A stretch of DNA of 63,795 nt, the filler included, from Aduncisulcus paluster (Eukaryota): the NCBI GenBank assembly GCA_024181965.1. It is 7 parts of 7 records of this genome, joined end to end, with 100 filler letters (N's around TTAATTAATTAA, not from the genome) between each part and the next. Parts side by side here need not be neighbours in the genome. Positions count along the whole stretch, not along the records: positions 16,201 to 29,995 come from BQXS01012542.1; positions 30,096 to 47,004 come from BQXS01012545.1; 5 more parts are not named here. The stretch is one strand, 5' to 3'. The notes under the pieces were generated by a model. The model saw only the letters and a program-made list of their open reading frames with translations. It was not told the origin of the DNA and did not search any database. Both the position numbers and the translations under genes were made by a program. This document shows, in pieces, positions 22,831-34,335 of this stretch. The first letter of the stretch is position 1, and the number at the start of each line of letters is the position of its first letter.

Positions 22831-25800
22831 TTAATTTTCATCAGAATTTGTAATATTCATTGACCGATTGAGATAAATTACGGTAAATACAAACAGAAAT
22901 AGGCCAACCATGGAGACAGATAGAACAATGGCACTGATAATTGTTTCAGAGATGGACACGGCACGTTTGCCATCACTTCCATACTCAATGGCTCCCTTTT
23001 GTACAACAGAGAGACCAGCAAAGTAATTTTCAATGTCAATGTTGAGTTGATCAATCACTGAAGTCATCATAGATTCAGAGCGTTTCAAATAAAATGGAGA
23101 AGCTCTTGGAACATCACAAACATCTCCAGAAGAAGAAGATGAAGATGAAGAAGATGAAGAAGACTCGGAAGTTGGATCAATTGAAGTGAGAACAACGAGA
23201 GAATTCGAATCGGGGATGCCTACGATATACAGAATATCGCTATCAGAATAGGAAGAATCACCTTCAAGGTCATCCAAGGTCTCAAGAACATTAATATATT
23301 TGAAGTTACCAGAGTTATTGATTGGGAGTTCATCAGGAAAGTCGAATGAAAATAAACAAAACGTTGTCTCAACAGCAGAATTCATGTTTCTCAAGATATT
23401 AATAGAATCTATCAATTCATAAGTGGGATAGTTAACATCTTTGAGAAAGAGTGGGTTTCCAACAAGCTCTTGGTTGAGAGAATCATCACTAGAATAGATA
23501 ATACTCAATTTATGGTCGATAATATATGCATTCAGACTCAATTCTGAGTTAGATTCGTCACTTTCAAACCCCTTAATAGAATATCCATATTCTTCCTCGA
23601 GTTCATCGTTCGCTGTTTGAAGTGCAGAGACCATAGTGTCTTCGAACCAAGACCAAAGAACATCAACCTTCAAAACATAACGAGCTTTCGAACTAAATTC
23701 AATGATTCCGCCGACACAGATCACAGGAATGCCAGTGGAAGTGTCATATATGGGTGTTTCAATGGCATAACTAATTCCTTCGACTCCAAATGTGGTCAGA
23801 ATTGTTTGGTACCAATCCATTGTTCGACTATCATATGTCACAGGGTATGGAGTGCCCGGATAAGCCAATCTAATACCTGTGGATACACTTGTAATTCCCA
23901 CAAAGAGAACATTATCGAAGAAAGGGGAAGAGAGAGAAGCTGTTGAAGACGTCTTCAATCTCTCAAGATCGTAGGAGAAGGAGTTGATGTATAAAGGGGC
24001 TATAATACAAAAGAATAGCATGTCATCGAAGGTTTTAGGTAAGAATATAGAGCTAGAGGCATCGCGACCATCAGCTTCAAAGGCAAGAAATAGATCTTCA
24101 GTGATACGAGTAAGGAAAAGATATCCATCGGCGGACATCAGAGCGTCAGAAGGGGGCAGGATATATTTATCAGCAAGCAAGGAGATCCCAAGTTCATCCT
24201 TAGCTATTGAAGTGAACACACTCTGCTCGACGTAAGCATCTTCCGGGATAACCATCATTGCTTTTGTTGATGTCACAAGGAGATCAGTGCCCCGCACAGT
24301 ATCAAATGAGTTGTAATCATAATCAATGGCCGAAATAGCTCCTGAATCAGCAGGAAGTGAGCCGAATATGATGGGAGAATTAGTGTAGGATGTTGGAGGC
24401 ATGATAGCGACATTTCCAGCTAGGAGAGTCTCAGCACATTCAGAGATGGAGTTGCAGAGATCGATTCCACTTCTTTTTTCCATACGATCACCGTTACCAA
24501 ATGTTAGTTTGGTCTCATCTGAGGCACTTATTATAGTGATAATAATGACCCCCAAAGATGGAATATATTGCCATCCATACCTCGCAGACTCCAGATATGT
24601 ATCAAACACTCGTCTAGTTAAGGCCTCACCCTTATGAAGACCCCTTTGGATGGAAGGGACAACTGAGGTGGCGATAGTTCCTTCTCCTCCCAACACATTG
24701 ATGATAGTCTGCTTCCCACAGGAGCTAATTCTCTCCAGAACATCAATGGATTCGAACTTTGAAGTTGTTAGGGTGTGTAATAAAACATCTCCACTGGGAG
24801 CAAGAACAAACATCGAGGATCGTGAATTCAGAAAATGACCGGGTAAAAATAAACCTTCAATGAACTGATCAGCTCGAATCTGGACAGAAATGTATGAATT
24901 ATTCTCATAAATGGAAATGGGCATTGAGATACACATTGTAGGAACTTGGAAAAACTCATGGATTTCCATTCGCATCAACAGAGGAAATGGTAGCAATCCA
25001 CCATTTTCTGCAAGTATCCGTATAGCATCGTTATCACAAATGTCATTGTTCACACACAAATCCACCCTAACTTGAATTGAAGCCTTACATTCGCTTGTCA
25101 ATGATGTCACTAACTCGTCAGAGGTTGAGGAAATAACATAATTGAGCACATTTTGTAACGGACTCATAATGTCATAGAAAACTTTCTTAATTATCAAGTT
25201 GTCACGATCGGTGAAGTCAAGTTCTTTGTTATATGTGATACAATATAACAAATCCTCAAACATACGATAATCAACATCGAAAAGAAAGTAATTTGAAGAG
25301 CTACTCCAACCAGAAAATACTTCATTCTTTTCACTCTTTCCATCGTGTATGTTAATGTGAACCACAATAACGGCTTCATCATCAAGAAGCTCTGTGAAAT
25401 AATTATCCATGTGTAAATCAAACGAGAACACAAACAAAACAAGGGGGGCTCCGGATGGGAGAGGAAAATGTCGTTTGTTCCGATTTGAAAATCTGTCAAA
25501 GTCGGAGGCAGCCTTGTACTCAATGTAAGTAGACGTTGAAGAGAGTGAGTAATCACTGAATTGAGCGAGATTACGATTTTCAACATCACTCATTCCAAAA
25601 GGATGTTCAAGACGTTCACAAAGAATAGTTTCAAGCTCAACATCACTGTCTCGAGCAGCCTTCAAAAGATCAATGGAAGATTCAATCGCGGAATACACAT
25701 CAAGTTCTTGGATGTCTGTTGTAGAAAGGTTTGAAGGGACAGTCTCAGACTTCGAGAGGGTAGACACACTTAAAGATCCCAGATAACTCTGAATCTCATC

Positions 25801-26895
25801 CCATATCAACGTCTCTGCAGATCTGTAGTGCACAATGCCTGGGAAGACAGTTTCTGAGTCTGAAACACACCCACCGACCTTTGGATATCCTGAAAATTCA
25901 CCATCAGATGAGAAGATAGACAAGAAATCATAATCTGTGAGGGAATCGAGAACAATGTCAACGGAGTACCATAATGCCTGCAACATGGCCTCACCCTTCG
26001 ATGTCAAATAGGAGGATTCGGTGCTGTCGAGGAATATTTGTTTGAGAGACTCATCAATTGTCGTGTCAATAACCATTCCAACACCTCGACGGATCCCCAA
26101 AGAGGCTGCATTCCTGAACTCTGGGGATGTAAGGGGAGTTTTCATTGATCGTTCCTCAAGAGAAATTGGTAGAACGGGAGAGAAACGGTTGAAAGCCGGG
26201 GAAGTGAAAGTTCGTTTGGATTCGGACAAAAAAGTGGTGGAACTGAGCAAAGGCAATGAAAAGGAGGAACTTGGAGTGTCAGCACCAAAGAGATAGTCCT
26301 CAAATGAAAAAGAGTCAATAGATGAGGTTGTCTCTGGATTCAAGAAGGAAGTCAGGGCATCATACAGCGAAGTAGGAATATTTGCGGCCTCTTCTTTGGC
26401 TGAAGAAGACAATTCATCAGATGGAATCACACTCAAAGCACCAAAAAGAACCTCAAATTGGCTGCCATCGGAGAGAGTATGGAAGGAAGAAGGTGAGGAA
26501 CCTTTAAAGGGCATGTTGGCACTTCGAACATTGGTCTTATCAACAGAATCGTTAAATTCATCGTTTTGAACGGAAGTTTCAAGAAAATTATGGAGGTCTA
26601 CGAATTGCTGATGAATGACGAGGAGAGCATTTTCCGTGGACTTGGATATTACTCCCGCGATTTCATTTGCATCGCGAGTTTGGGTATCAGTGATTAATGA
26701 AGATCCAATGGTAGTGATATCTTCCATATATAGATCACTGAGATGGTCCTGAAGATTGTGAGTCGATTGAAAAAGCTCTTTAAAGGGTGTTAAGTCAAAA
26801 GAAACGCATAAAACAAAATCAACGATCAGAAGAAACACGACAAAAAGGCTCAGAAAGGAAAATTTATAGAGATAATTGTGATAAAGTGATTTCAT
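22831..26895 (-). CDS. Alpha2delta/CACHD1-like type I membrane protein (degenerate VWA plus Cache domains)
   Basis: It has an N-terminal signal peptide and a C-terminal TM helix. VWA-like segments are VGMVIDTT and IVLDSLTDYDFLSIF. dCache-like motifs are YPG...YDSRTMDWY and TPIYDTSTG. Confidence 0.7.
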   Translation of the reverse strand: MKSLYHNYLYKFSFLSLFVVFLLIVDFVLCVSFDLTPFKELFQSTHNLQDHLSDLYMEDITTIGSSLITDTQTRDANEIAGVISKSTENALLVIHQQFVDLHNFLETSVQNDEFNDSVDKTNVRSANMPFKGSSPSSFHTLSDGSQFEVLFGALSVIPSDELSSSAKEEAANIPTSLYDALTSFLNPETTSSIDSFSFEDYLFGADTPSSSFSLPLLSSTTFLSESKRTFTSPAFNRFSPVLPISLEERSMKTPLTSPEFRNAASLGIRRGVGMVIDTTIDESLKQIFLDSTESSYLTSKGEAMLQALWYSVDIVLDSLTDYDFLSIFSSDGEFSGYPKVGGCVSDSETVFPGIVHYRSAETLIWDEIQSYLGSLSVSTLSKSETVPSNLSTTDIQELDVYSAIESSIDLLKAARDSDVELETILCERLEHPFGMSDVENRNLAQFSDYSLSSTSTYIEYKAASDFDRFSNRNKRHFPLPSGAPLVLFVFSFDLHMDNYFTELLDDEAVIVVHINIHDGKSEKNEVFSGWSSSSNYFLFDVDYRMFEDLLYCITYNKELDFTDRDNLIIKKVFYDIMSPLQNVLNYVISSTSDELVTSLTSECKASIQVRVDLCVNNDICDNDAIRILAENGGLLPFPLLMRMEIHEFFQVPTMCISMPISIYENNSYISVQIRADQFIEGLFLPGHFLNSRSSMFVLAPSGDVLLHTLTTSKFESIDVLERISSCGKQTIINVLGGEGTIATSVVPSIQRGLHKGEALTRRVFDTYLESARYGWQYIPSLGVIIITIISASDETKLTFGNGDRMEKRSGIDLCNSISECAETLLAGNVAIMPPTSYTNSPIIFGSLPADSGAISAIDYDYNSFDTVRGTDLLVTSTKAMMVIPEDAYVEQSVFTSIAKDELGISLLADKYILPPSDALMSADGYLFLTRITEDLFLAFEADGRDASSSIFLPKTFDDMLFFCIIAPLYINSFSYDLERLKTSSTASLSSPFFDNVLFVGITSVSTGIRLAYPGTPYPVTYDSRTMDWYQTILTTFGVEGISYAIETPIYDTSTGIPVICVGGIIEFSSKARYVLKVDVLWSWFEDTMVSALQTANDELEEEYGYSIKGFESDESNSELSLNAYIIDHKLSIIYSSDDSLNQELVGNPLFLKDVNYPTYELIDSINILRNMNSAVETTFCLFSFDFPDELPINNSGNFKYINVLETLDDLEGDSSYSDSDILYIVGIPDSNSLVVLTSIDPTSESSSSSSSSSSSSGDVCDVPRASPFYLKRSESMMTSVIDQLNIDIENYFAGLSVVQKGAIEYGSDGKRAVSISETIISAIVLSVSMVGLFLFVFTVIYLNRSMNITNSDEN

Positions 26896-27188
26896 AGTTA
26901 TGATGCAGGCAACGAAATAGAAAGAATGAAAATAATATGACTATTGGAACTTGTTATAAAATTATCAACAATTATTGGAACAATTATTTCAGCCAATCGT
27001 ATCAAACAGGCTCATTCCCAATTTCCACCACTAACATAACGGTTAATACATATTTTGAATTGAACACTCAGTATAAGAAAGGAAATAATTAAAATATATG
27101 TTTTTCCTTGTAGCTATTAGCAACCCATCTGTTGATGAATTAAATTTTCCAATATTTCTTGTTCTCCAAGGATCAAATCATTTATGTT

Positions 27189-29995
27189 ATGGAAGATGAT
27201 CTGGTTTTAGTTGGAGTCGGATCTGTTGAAGGACCTTTTAGTTTTCCCACTAAGCTTGTTGAAAAACACAAAACTGGAAAAGCTGGATTTCCACAATATA
27301 AGAAGTCTGTCGGCCAATTTCCGAAAAGATCAGACAGTTTGGCTCTAAAATCAGCTTTCATGCCTTCAAATTTCCGCCAAAAATCATTAAAAAAACCTCA
27401 AATTAAAATTCGACCTACAACAGCCCCAGGATTATTTGGATCATTTACAGATAGTCAAAAGCAACGTAAAAATCTTCTTCCTGAAGGAGCCGATGCCATG
27501 AAGGGAGTATTATTTCCCGCGTCCTTATCTTCTCATATTGTTCAGACTAGCCTTCCGGACGCTGATTTTGTCTCGTCGTCCCCATCTCCAAGTAACTCTC
27601 CTATACATCATACAACTCCCTCTATTTCTTCTCATGGAAAATCTCCGAACCGCCCGTCATCATCTCCTCTCTACCGTGAGCAAAGATCTCCGAATGTTAT
27701 CAGGCCCCTACCAATAGCTCCTCATCCTCCTAGTCATCAACAGCCATCGAAAATCTCACCGCGAACTCGTGAGGCCCAATCTTCTTCCCCTCGATCTCGT
27801 GATGCCTTCTCCTCCTCCTCCTCTCCCCATTCGTTTGCGTAGGTATCAAGATTCCCATCACCCTCGTCCCGATGTATCTCAAGAGGTGTTTGAAGGGATG
27901 TTTCTGGGTCGCATTCCCTCTCCCCGTTCCTCACAGCAGCCCCAGCATGTCCAGTCGAGATCCCATTCTGTCACCACAATCCGACCTGTCTCCACTCCAC
28001 GTGACATGGCTTCATATGCACAGCCGTATGATTATAGGGATGGAAGGATGTCCTCTCGCTTCTCTGCAAGGTCTCAAAGTTCTGGTCGATCGAGTATGGC
28101 CACACCTCTCACTGAAGGTCTGCCTGATATGTGTTTCCATTCTAACTCTGAGCACTTACCGCAGTCATCAGGATGCCCTAGGCCTCACACTTCATCCTCT
28201 GCCTCCAGAACAAGTATGAGACAGACCATAAAGAGTGGAACAAGGAGAAACTCACATGGCGGGCATGGTGCCGTTGTTGATGGTCGTCGTGCTCTGCAGA
28301 GTTCAGATGGAGGTAGTAGGATGTCGCTTCATCACATCAAATGGAGGAGAGCTCCCATTCCTTTGAACGCCTCCTCCTCAACCCCTAGTATGACTTATGA
28401 TGTCCAGCTTCGAGGAAATGTACAGACTGAATTCTCAGCCCCAAGAGGGAGAGATATTCAAGATGGGTCAGGATTTGGAGCATCTACTAGACCATATGGT
28501 TCCAAGAGTGCTCTTTCCATGTCTAGTCGAAGAAATCCACACTCCATGTCTGAAGCCTCACTTACTGGCATTAATGTAGATTCCATGGGTGTTCATGGGC
28601 AGCCTCTTGACATTCGTTCTGAGAAAGATGGTGATATGGGAACTTCTGGTGACCGGGCATCATCGATTGGCTGTGATCCTCTTGTATTATCTTCTTGTAT
28701 TCGCCCACAGTCATCCATTGACGTGTCTCCATCTTCAAGGAACAAACTCTCTGAGGAAGATGATGTTCTCCACACCGATATTACGGCCATGCCAACAGTT
28801 TCCGAACAAGTTAATCGTTCCTCCGCCGGTCATTCTGCACAAAGGAGTGACAGTCACATTTCAGGTGAGGAGGATGATGTTCTCTCCTCCTCCATCTCTG
28901 AGATATCCTCCCAACCTGTTGATGACGAAGACAGTGAGCAAAGGGCTGATATCGAACAATATATCGCTTTTAACAAGAAAGACTCTGTTCGTGGGAATCG
29001 TGCTATTCCTTCATCATCTTCTTCCGTTCAGCAATATAGCTCTCAGCGACCAAGAGCTGCCTCACACCTCTCAACACATTCCGCAGGAGCTGTTCTGACT
29101 GGAGAGACTTCTCTGCCACCATCTGCCGTCCATTCTTCCAATGAGGTGGTTATCCTTGACAATAGGCACGTGGAACAAGACGCTGAGATTGCTTTGATGC
29201 GTCAAGAGGAACAAAAGATCATCGAACGACGCAAAGAAGGGTTTTGGTACAGTTTGGGTGTGTGCAGTGTCCCTCTTTGCATTAGAGAGAGAAGAAAGCA
29301 AGAGAGGAAAGAGAGAGAGAGGAAAGAAAGGCTTGCCAAGAAGATTGATGCTGACAAGTCACGTGATGCCTCAAGCCCTGGAATTGATCAATTACACCGT
29401 ATTCCCTCCAAGGTTGGGATAGATTCCCCTCCAACGATTGGACAAGGTCAACAACACAACGGTGAATATGAACAGTCATCGTCACATGACGGAGACCTCT
29501 CATTACCACACAGTGGTTCTGAATCTTCCGCTTTTCTAACTTCTTTGCCAAATCGATCAGCTACTTTTTCGAAGCAAGACAATGCTGCTAATCCTTGGCT
29601 GGGTGGTGTTGATCCAGACAGTTCGTCTATGTGGAATGTGAGTAGATACACTGAATTGAAGCGACAGAAGGAGTTATTTGAGAAGCAACGAGAGAAGGAG
29701 AAGGCAAAATGGACCGAAAAGTTCTTTGTTTCCACTTCCACGGCCTCTTCTTTCCCCTTTTCACACCCACACACCGAAAGCATCAAGAAAGGAGTTGAGC
29801 ATCGACTCAGACAGAAAAGACACCGCGAGGCTGCTCTTGTGAAGCAAATTAAACATGGTAGCAAGCAGAATGGGACAGGATCTGGAAATGAAACTCTCTC
29901 TGTAACTCCTCTGAGAAGTCCTCGTGGTGGAGAGGATGCCATTGGCCTGGAATCATTTACTCAATGGTGGAGAGAGTTGGCCAATATACATCTTG
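27189..29995 (+). CDS. Ser/Pro-rich hypothetical protein with an apparent frameshift near 27810-27830; 3'-partial
   Basis: ORFs 27159..27842 and 27769..contig end overlap across a (CTC)n tract and have similar composition. Confidence 0.6.
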
Positions 29996-30095
29996 NNNNN
30001 NNNNNNNNNNNNNNNNNNNNNNNNNNNNNNNNNNNNNNNTTAATTAATTAANNNNNNNNNNNNNNNNNNNNNNNNNNNNNNNNNNNNNNNNNNNN

Positions 30096-30721
30096 CCAAG
30101 ATCGGCAAGAACAACAATACAATCTCCATATTTGGGATCGGCACGAACAAGGAAATTGTCAGGTTTAACATCTCGATGGGCAAGTTCAGGTTTTGCCTTG
30201 AAGACATCTGAGAGACACTCAATCATGCCAACACATAAGGAAGCAACTCGAACAGGGTTTAATTTGGTCCCATACTTCCCGTCAACACACCAACTCTTGG
30301 CAAAGTCTTTAACACTGCCACCTCGACAGTATTCCATGCAGAATCCGTAGACTCCTTCATATTTCTCATCGAGAAGATCAAGAATGTACATCGGACGAGG
30401 AATACGATTGAAACATCTTGGGTTCATGAATAATCTTACCTGAGTATCAAATTCTTGACGACATGCTTCAATAACTCCCTTATCACCAACTCGAAGCATT
30501 TTCTTGAGGACATAAACACCATCGATTCCTTGAATAGCCACAAGATTAACTTCTCCAAATCCACCTTCACCCAATCGACACAGAGATTCGAGAGCAGATG
30601 CGGAAGTTAATGTCTTGGAATCATGTTTTTTACGCTTGTGGCCAGAATGTTTTGGTTTCGGCGAAGAAGAAGACCCTCTATGTGAGGAATTTCTCAATGG
30701 TTTAGATCTGTCCTTTTCCAT
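30096..30721 (-). CDS. N-lobe and catalytic loop of a lineage-specific kinase, 3'-truncated by the contig end
   Basis: Motifs LGEGGFGEV, VLKKM, RIPRPMY, HRDVKPDN and VVLADL. Confidence 0.9.
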
Positions 30722-31463
30722 TGATAGAATACGATATTATACAACTACAATTAAGATTGATATTGAATAAAAGGGGTCAGTGAAAATATCCCTATAATTA
30801 AGAGATAATGGAAACAGTCATTGAGGCAAAAACATTAGACGATATTCATGGATATGAATGGGGGTAAAAAAACATTAATAATGCAAAACGTACTTGGATT
30901 TACAAAAATGATTCCGAATGGTATATCAATTGTAGCCAAACGATGAAACTTTCAAGAAGTCATTTTGGATATCTATGTTGCGGGGGATAATAATTGGATA
31001 TGTCGATAAAATATTTTATAAATTCTAAATATTTTAATATTATTTGCAACAACCATTGTTGAACCCCATTTTCATAAAAGTCGTTGTTTTCTGCACAACG
31101 ACATGTTTTCATCAATATTTAAGTGTTAATTCTTCTCGAAAGTTGTATGATATAAAGGAAATATCCGCATTCTCGAGACCAGAAGGGGTGGCAACAGGTT
31201 CTAATTTGTGTTTTTGAAAATCACGATGCCCACTGATTGAACTGGACTAATCTTCTCTCAAATAGGGTTTAGGTGTGTTTAAATGCTTTTATTAAGATTA
31301 AATACTCTGAGATATTACTATTGGCTCCAAAGTAGTTTATAGATCTTTATTTATTATAATACTCATTGGATTGAAGATAGTTTTTTCTAATTCTGACATT
31401 AAACGTTTTATTACAGTAATAATATTACTTATAAAATAGTATCAGGTTCAAATCTCAATCAAA

Positions 31464-33692
31464 TCAATAATTCATTGGTCTGGGTACATCAGCTAATCCC
31501 ATCCCTGCCAATAATGTTATAATGTACACACCGGCATGTTCATAAATATCTGGAGCGCTTGACATGATGAATAAGTTGTCATCTCCACTGTCAACTCCCT
31601 CACCAACAGCCATACAACCGTATGCAGAACGACGTACCATCCAGTTCAATCTTTCCCATATTACATCACACTCCATTGATTGATCAACGCCACACTCGAG
31701 AAGTTCAGCCCAAGCAGTGAACATTGTGACAACGCCCCAACTAACCTCATCCATGGTGGCCTCTTGTCCGGCTGGACTGAATACACCAGTGTAGAAATAA
31801 ACATCACCTTCGTATCTTGCAAGGCCATAGTTGTCATGAGTAAGACGGGAAGTGATGGCATTGAGATGGCTTGTTCTCTTGGCTTGCAGATCATCATCCT
31901 CGATCTCCTGGCCAGAGTATGAATATGAGGAGTATGCACTGAGTAAACCTCCCCACACAGAACCAGCAGTGGCAGCATCAACAACTTCTTGGACAGAGTG
32001 GGTGTCACTCCACTCTTGCCGGCCAACATAACCATCACTCGTCCAGAGACGGTTTGGAATAGAGTCGTGGAGCTCTGTTGCACGGTCATAAAGAATATTT
32101 GAGGTTGTGACGTCACTGTCAAAACGTTCTCTCATGCGTCCAGCAGCTACAAGACCGGAGAAGGCCATACTTTGGGAAAATCCAAAGAAACCAGTGGGTA
32201 AAGCAGCACCAGTCACTGGATCGCTACTCTCTTCCCAAATACTGTAATCACTGCCAATACTAAAGCTTCCATCTGGCCCAGCGGGATTGAGGAGAAGGGT
32301 CTCGAGAGCAGAACGACGAAGACTCATGGCACGCTGAGACACGAAGCTTTTCCCATTTGGAGCATGGACACCGTGGTAGTGCATCGCAAGCATGTAAACA
32401 CCCACGGGATCATATTGGGGCTCAACGAACCACTCAACGTCACCGGTCCACCCATTGTAGCAAGTATGGTAAGTTCCATCATCACGAGGAGTGGCATTTG
32501 TCATCCATGTCAAGAACTTCTCAGCCTCATCATATAGACCGACGGAATCGCATATAATGGAAGAGAAACATGCGTCTCTTGCCCACACTTTGTGACTGTA
32601 AGCAGGATGGAAGGAAGCGAGGAAAGTACCAAGATCTGGGACTTGGGAGTGTTTCAACATCAACAAAGAGGTATCAAAGAGCTGCTCCCATTCGGAAATA
32701 GGTCTTGGATCAACGGTCACAAGATCCATTGGAACGCTATTGAAATCTGGACGGATTGAAACAGTTTCGTGGAGGAAAGTGTCAACCAAGGAGTTCATTG
32801 AAGATACCCAATAATCAATGCTGTTACTTGTGGCGATATCACCAAACCCAACACAATCGTCGTATTCACGAGCACCAGTTCTCATCACAGAAGTCTCCAT
32901 GGATCCGGTTCCATTGAATTGAAGGGCGATAGTGCAAGTGTATGCATCGCAAGGATCATCTGAACTCCCGACAAGGGTACCATTGTTCTCGAAATAAGAG
33001 ATTGGGTCGGAAGATGTGCCTCTTTCACCGATCATAAAGTCAGCGTTGGGAACATCGAGTCCCTTGGTGGCAAAGAAGAATCCATTTGATACCTTGGTTC
33101 CATCGACCATGTAAAATCCTGATGCAGTACTGTCATACCATCCATAGTGATAATTACTGTCATCGTTGGAGCTTTTATGAGTAGATTCAACAATATCGTC
33201 GGCTCTCTGAGAAGTGACAAAGGACACAAGAGAAATCTCACCAGCGTTGGAAACATTGTATTTTACAATGTAGAAGGGTTGCTGAGGGACGAGAATAATC
33301 TCAACAATCAAAGAGAAAGGAAGGGCGCTACCATTGTATGTAGTGTATTCGGTAACCCATTGTCCTTCAGTACTGAGGTAAGAGTCTCCTTCAAAAAGCT
33401 TTGGATCGGTGTATTTCACACCGTCAACAATCAAAACAAAGGAATCACTGGAGACTAAACTAATACTCCAATCTTCTGAAGTACGGAAACTATTTAATCC
33501 TGATTCATTATAATCATCATAAGAAACATTTAAATTGTCTCTGTTTGCACCCCAAGTTACAAAAATACCATCAGATTCGCTCCAATTGTTCAAGCCCATA
33601 CTGGGAAGGGAATATGATGAATAACATAAAACAATTCCGATAAAAATAGAAATGAAAATCAAAAATAAAGAATTAATAATTGAAGATTTCAT
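31464..33692 (-). CDS. Secreted glycoside hydrolase family 15-like (glucoamylase/glucodextranase type) protein
   Basis: Signal peptide plus YSHKVWARDA, EPQYD, SIWEE and GLARYEGDVYF motifs of the GH15 (alpha/alpha)6 barrel. Confidence 0.85.
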   Translation of the reverse strand: MKSSIINSLFLIFISIFIGIVLCYSSYSLPSMGLNNWSESDGIFVTWGANRDNLNVSYDDYNESGLNSFRTSEDWSISLVSSDSFVLIVDGVKYTDPKLFEGDSYLSTEGQWVTEYTTYNGSALPFSLIVEIILVPQQPFYIVKYNVSNAGEISLVSFVTSQRADDIVESTHKSSNDDSNYHYGWYDSTASGFYMVDGTKVSNGFFFATKGLDVPNADFMIGERGTSSDPISYFENNGTLVGSSDDPCDAYTCTIALQFNGTGSMETSVMRTGAREYDDCVGFGDIATSNSIDYWVSSMNSLVDTFLHETVSIRPDFNSVPMDLVTVDPRPISEWEQLFDTSLLMLKHSQVPDLGTFLASFHPAYSHKVWARDACFSSIICDSVGLYDEAEKFLTWMTNATPRDDGTYHTCYNGWTGDVEWFVEPQYDPVGVYMLAMHYHGVHAPNGKSFVSQRAMSLRRSALETLLLNPAGPDGSFSIGSDYSIWEESSDPVTGAALPTGFFGFSQSMAFSGLVAAGRMRERFDSDVTTSNILYDRATELHDSIPNRLWTSDGYVGRQEWSDTHSVQEVVDAATAGSVWGGLLSAYSSYSYSGQEIEDDDLQAKRTSHLNAITSRLTHDNYGLARYEGDVYFYTGVFSPAGQEATMDEVSWGVVTMFTAWAELLECGVDQSMECDVIWERLNWMVRRSAYGCMAVGEGVDSGDDNLFIMSSAPDIYEHAGVYIITLLAGMGLADVPRPMNY

Positions 33693-33808
33693 TGTGGTAA
33701 CAACGAGCCATTTTCCAGATCATCATCGGCGATATAACAAAACCATGTCCAAGCTATTTAAATTTGGTGAATTAATAAAAGAGTTCTGAAAGAATTATTT
33801 ATTTATTA

Positions 33809-34335
33809 TTAATGTTTTAAGTGGGTTAAGGCGGAAGCTATAGCTTGAATATCTCTTTCCATAACAAGGCACATATTCTCAACATCACCTGTTTCACGGA
33901 TAGCTGTAGATAATCTATCAACCATGGATCGCCATTGTTCCGCCTGTTTCGCAAGGAAAGCGGCTTGATCAGTAATATGTTTCAGTTGTCTTTTAATAAT
34001 AGTTTGTTTTGTTTCAACATCACCGACACTACTAGATAATGATTTTGCCAAAGAATGAGACAGACAAGTTACTTCATTTGTCGCTATTGACTTAAGTTCG
34101 GCTAAAGGGAAAAGACCCGTCAAAATACATAATTTGGAAAATATATTTAAAATAAATTCCAAATAATTGAAGGTATTACCCCCATATTCATAAAAAACAA
34201 AGCATATCAGAAAAGAATCGCAGTAATATACAAACCAAGAAATCATGAAAGAAACATACCAACTTCAGCCTTATATTTTTTCAATTCTTCTTCTTCTTCT
34301 TTGAATAGGCTTTTTAATGCTTTTTTTTGACTCAT
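33809..34335 (-). CDS. BLOC1S1: BLOC-1 subunit 1 (GCN5L1); exons 34335-34260 and 34101-33809
   Basis: QAAFLAKQAEQW...AIRETGDVEN...MERDIQAIASAL matches the BLOS1 C-terminus. The intron 34259-34102 reads GTATGT...CCCTTTAG. Confidence 0.85.

Noticed and set aside
31080..31102. 8-bp hairpin GTCGTTGT/ACAACGAC
   Set aside because: An isolated short inverted repeat, expected by chance in 64 kb.
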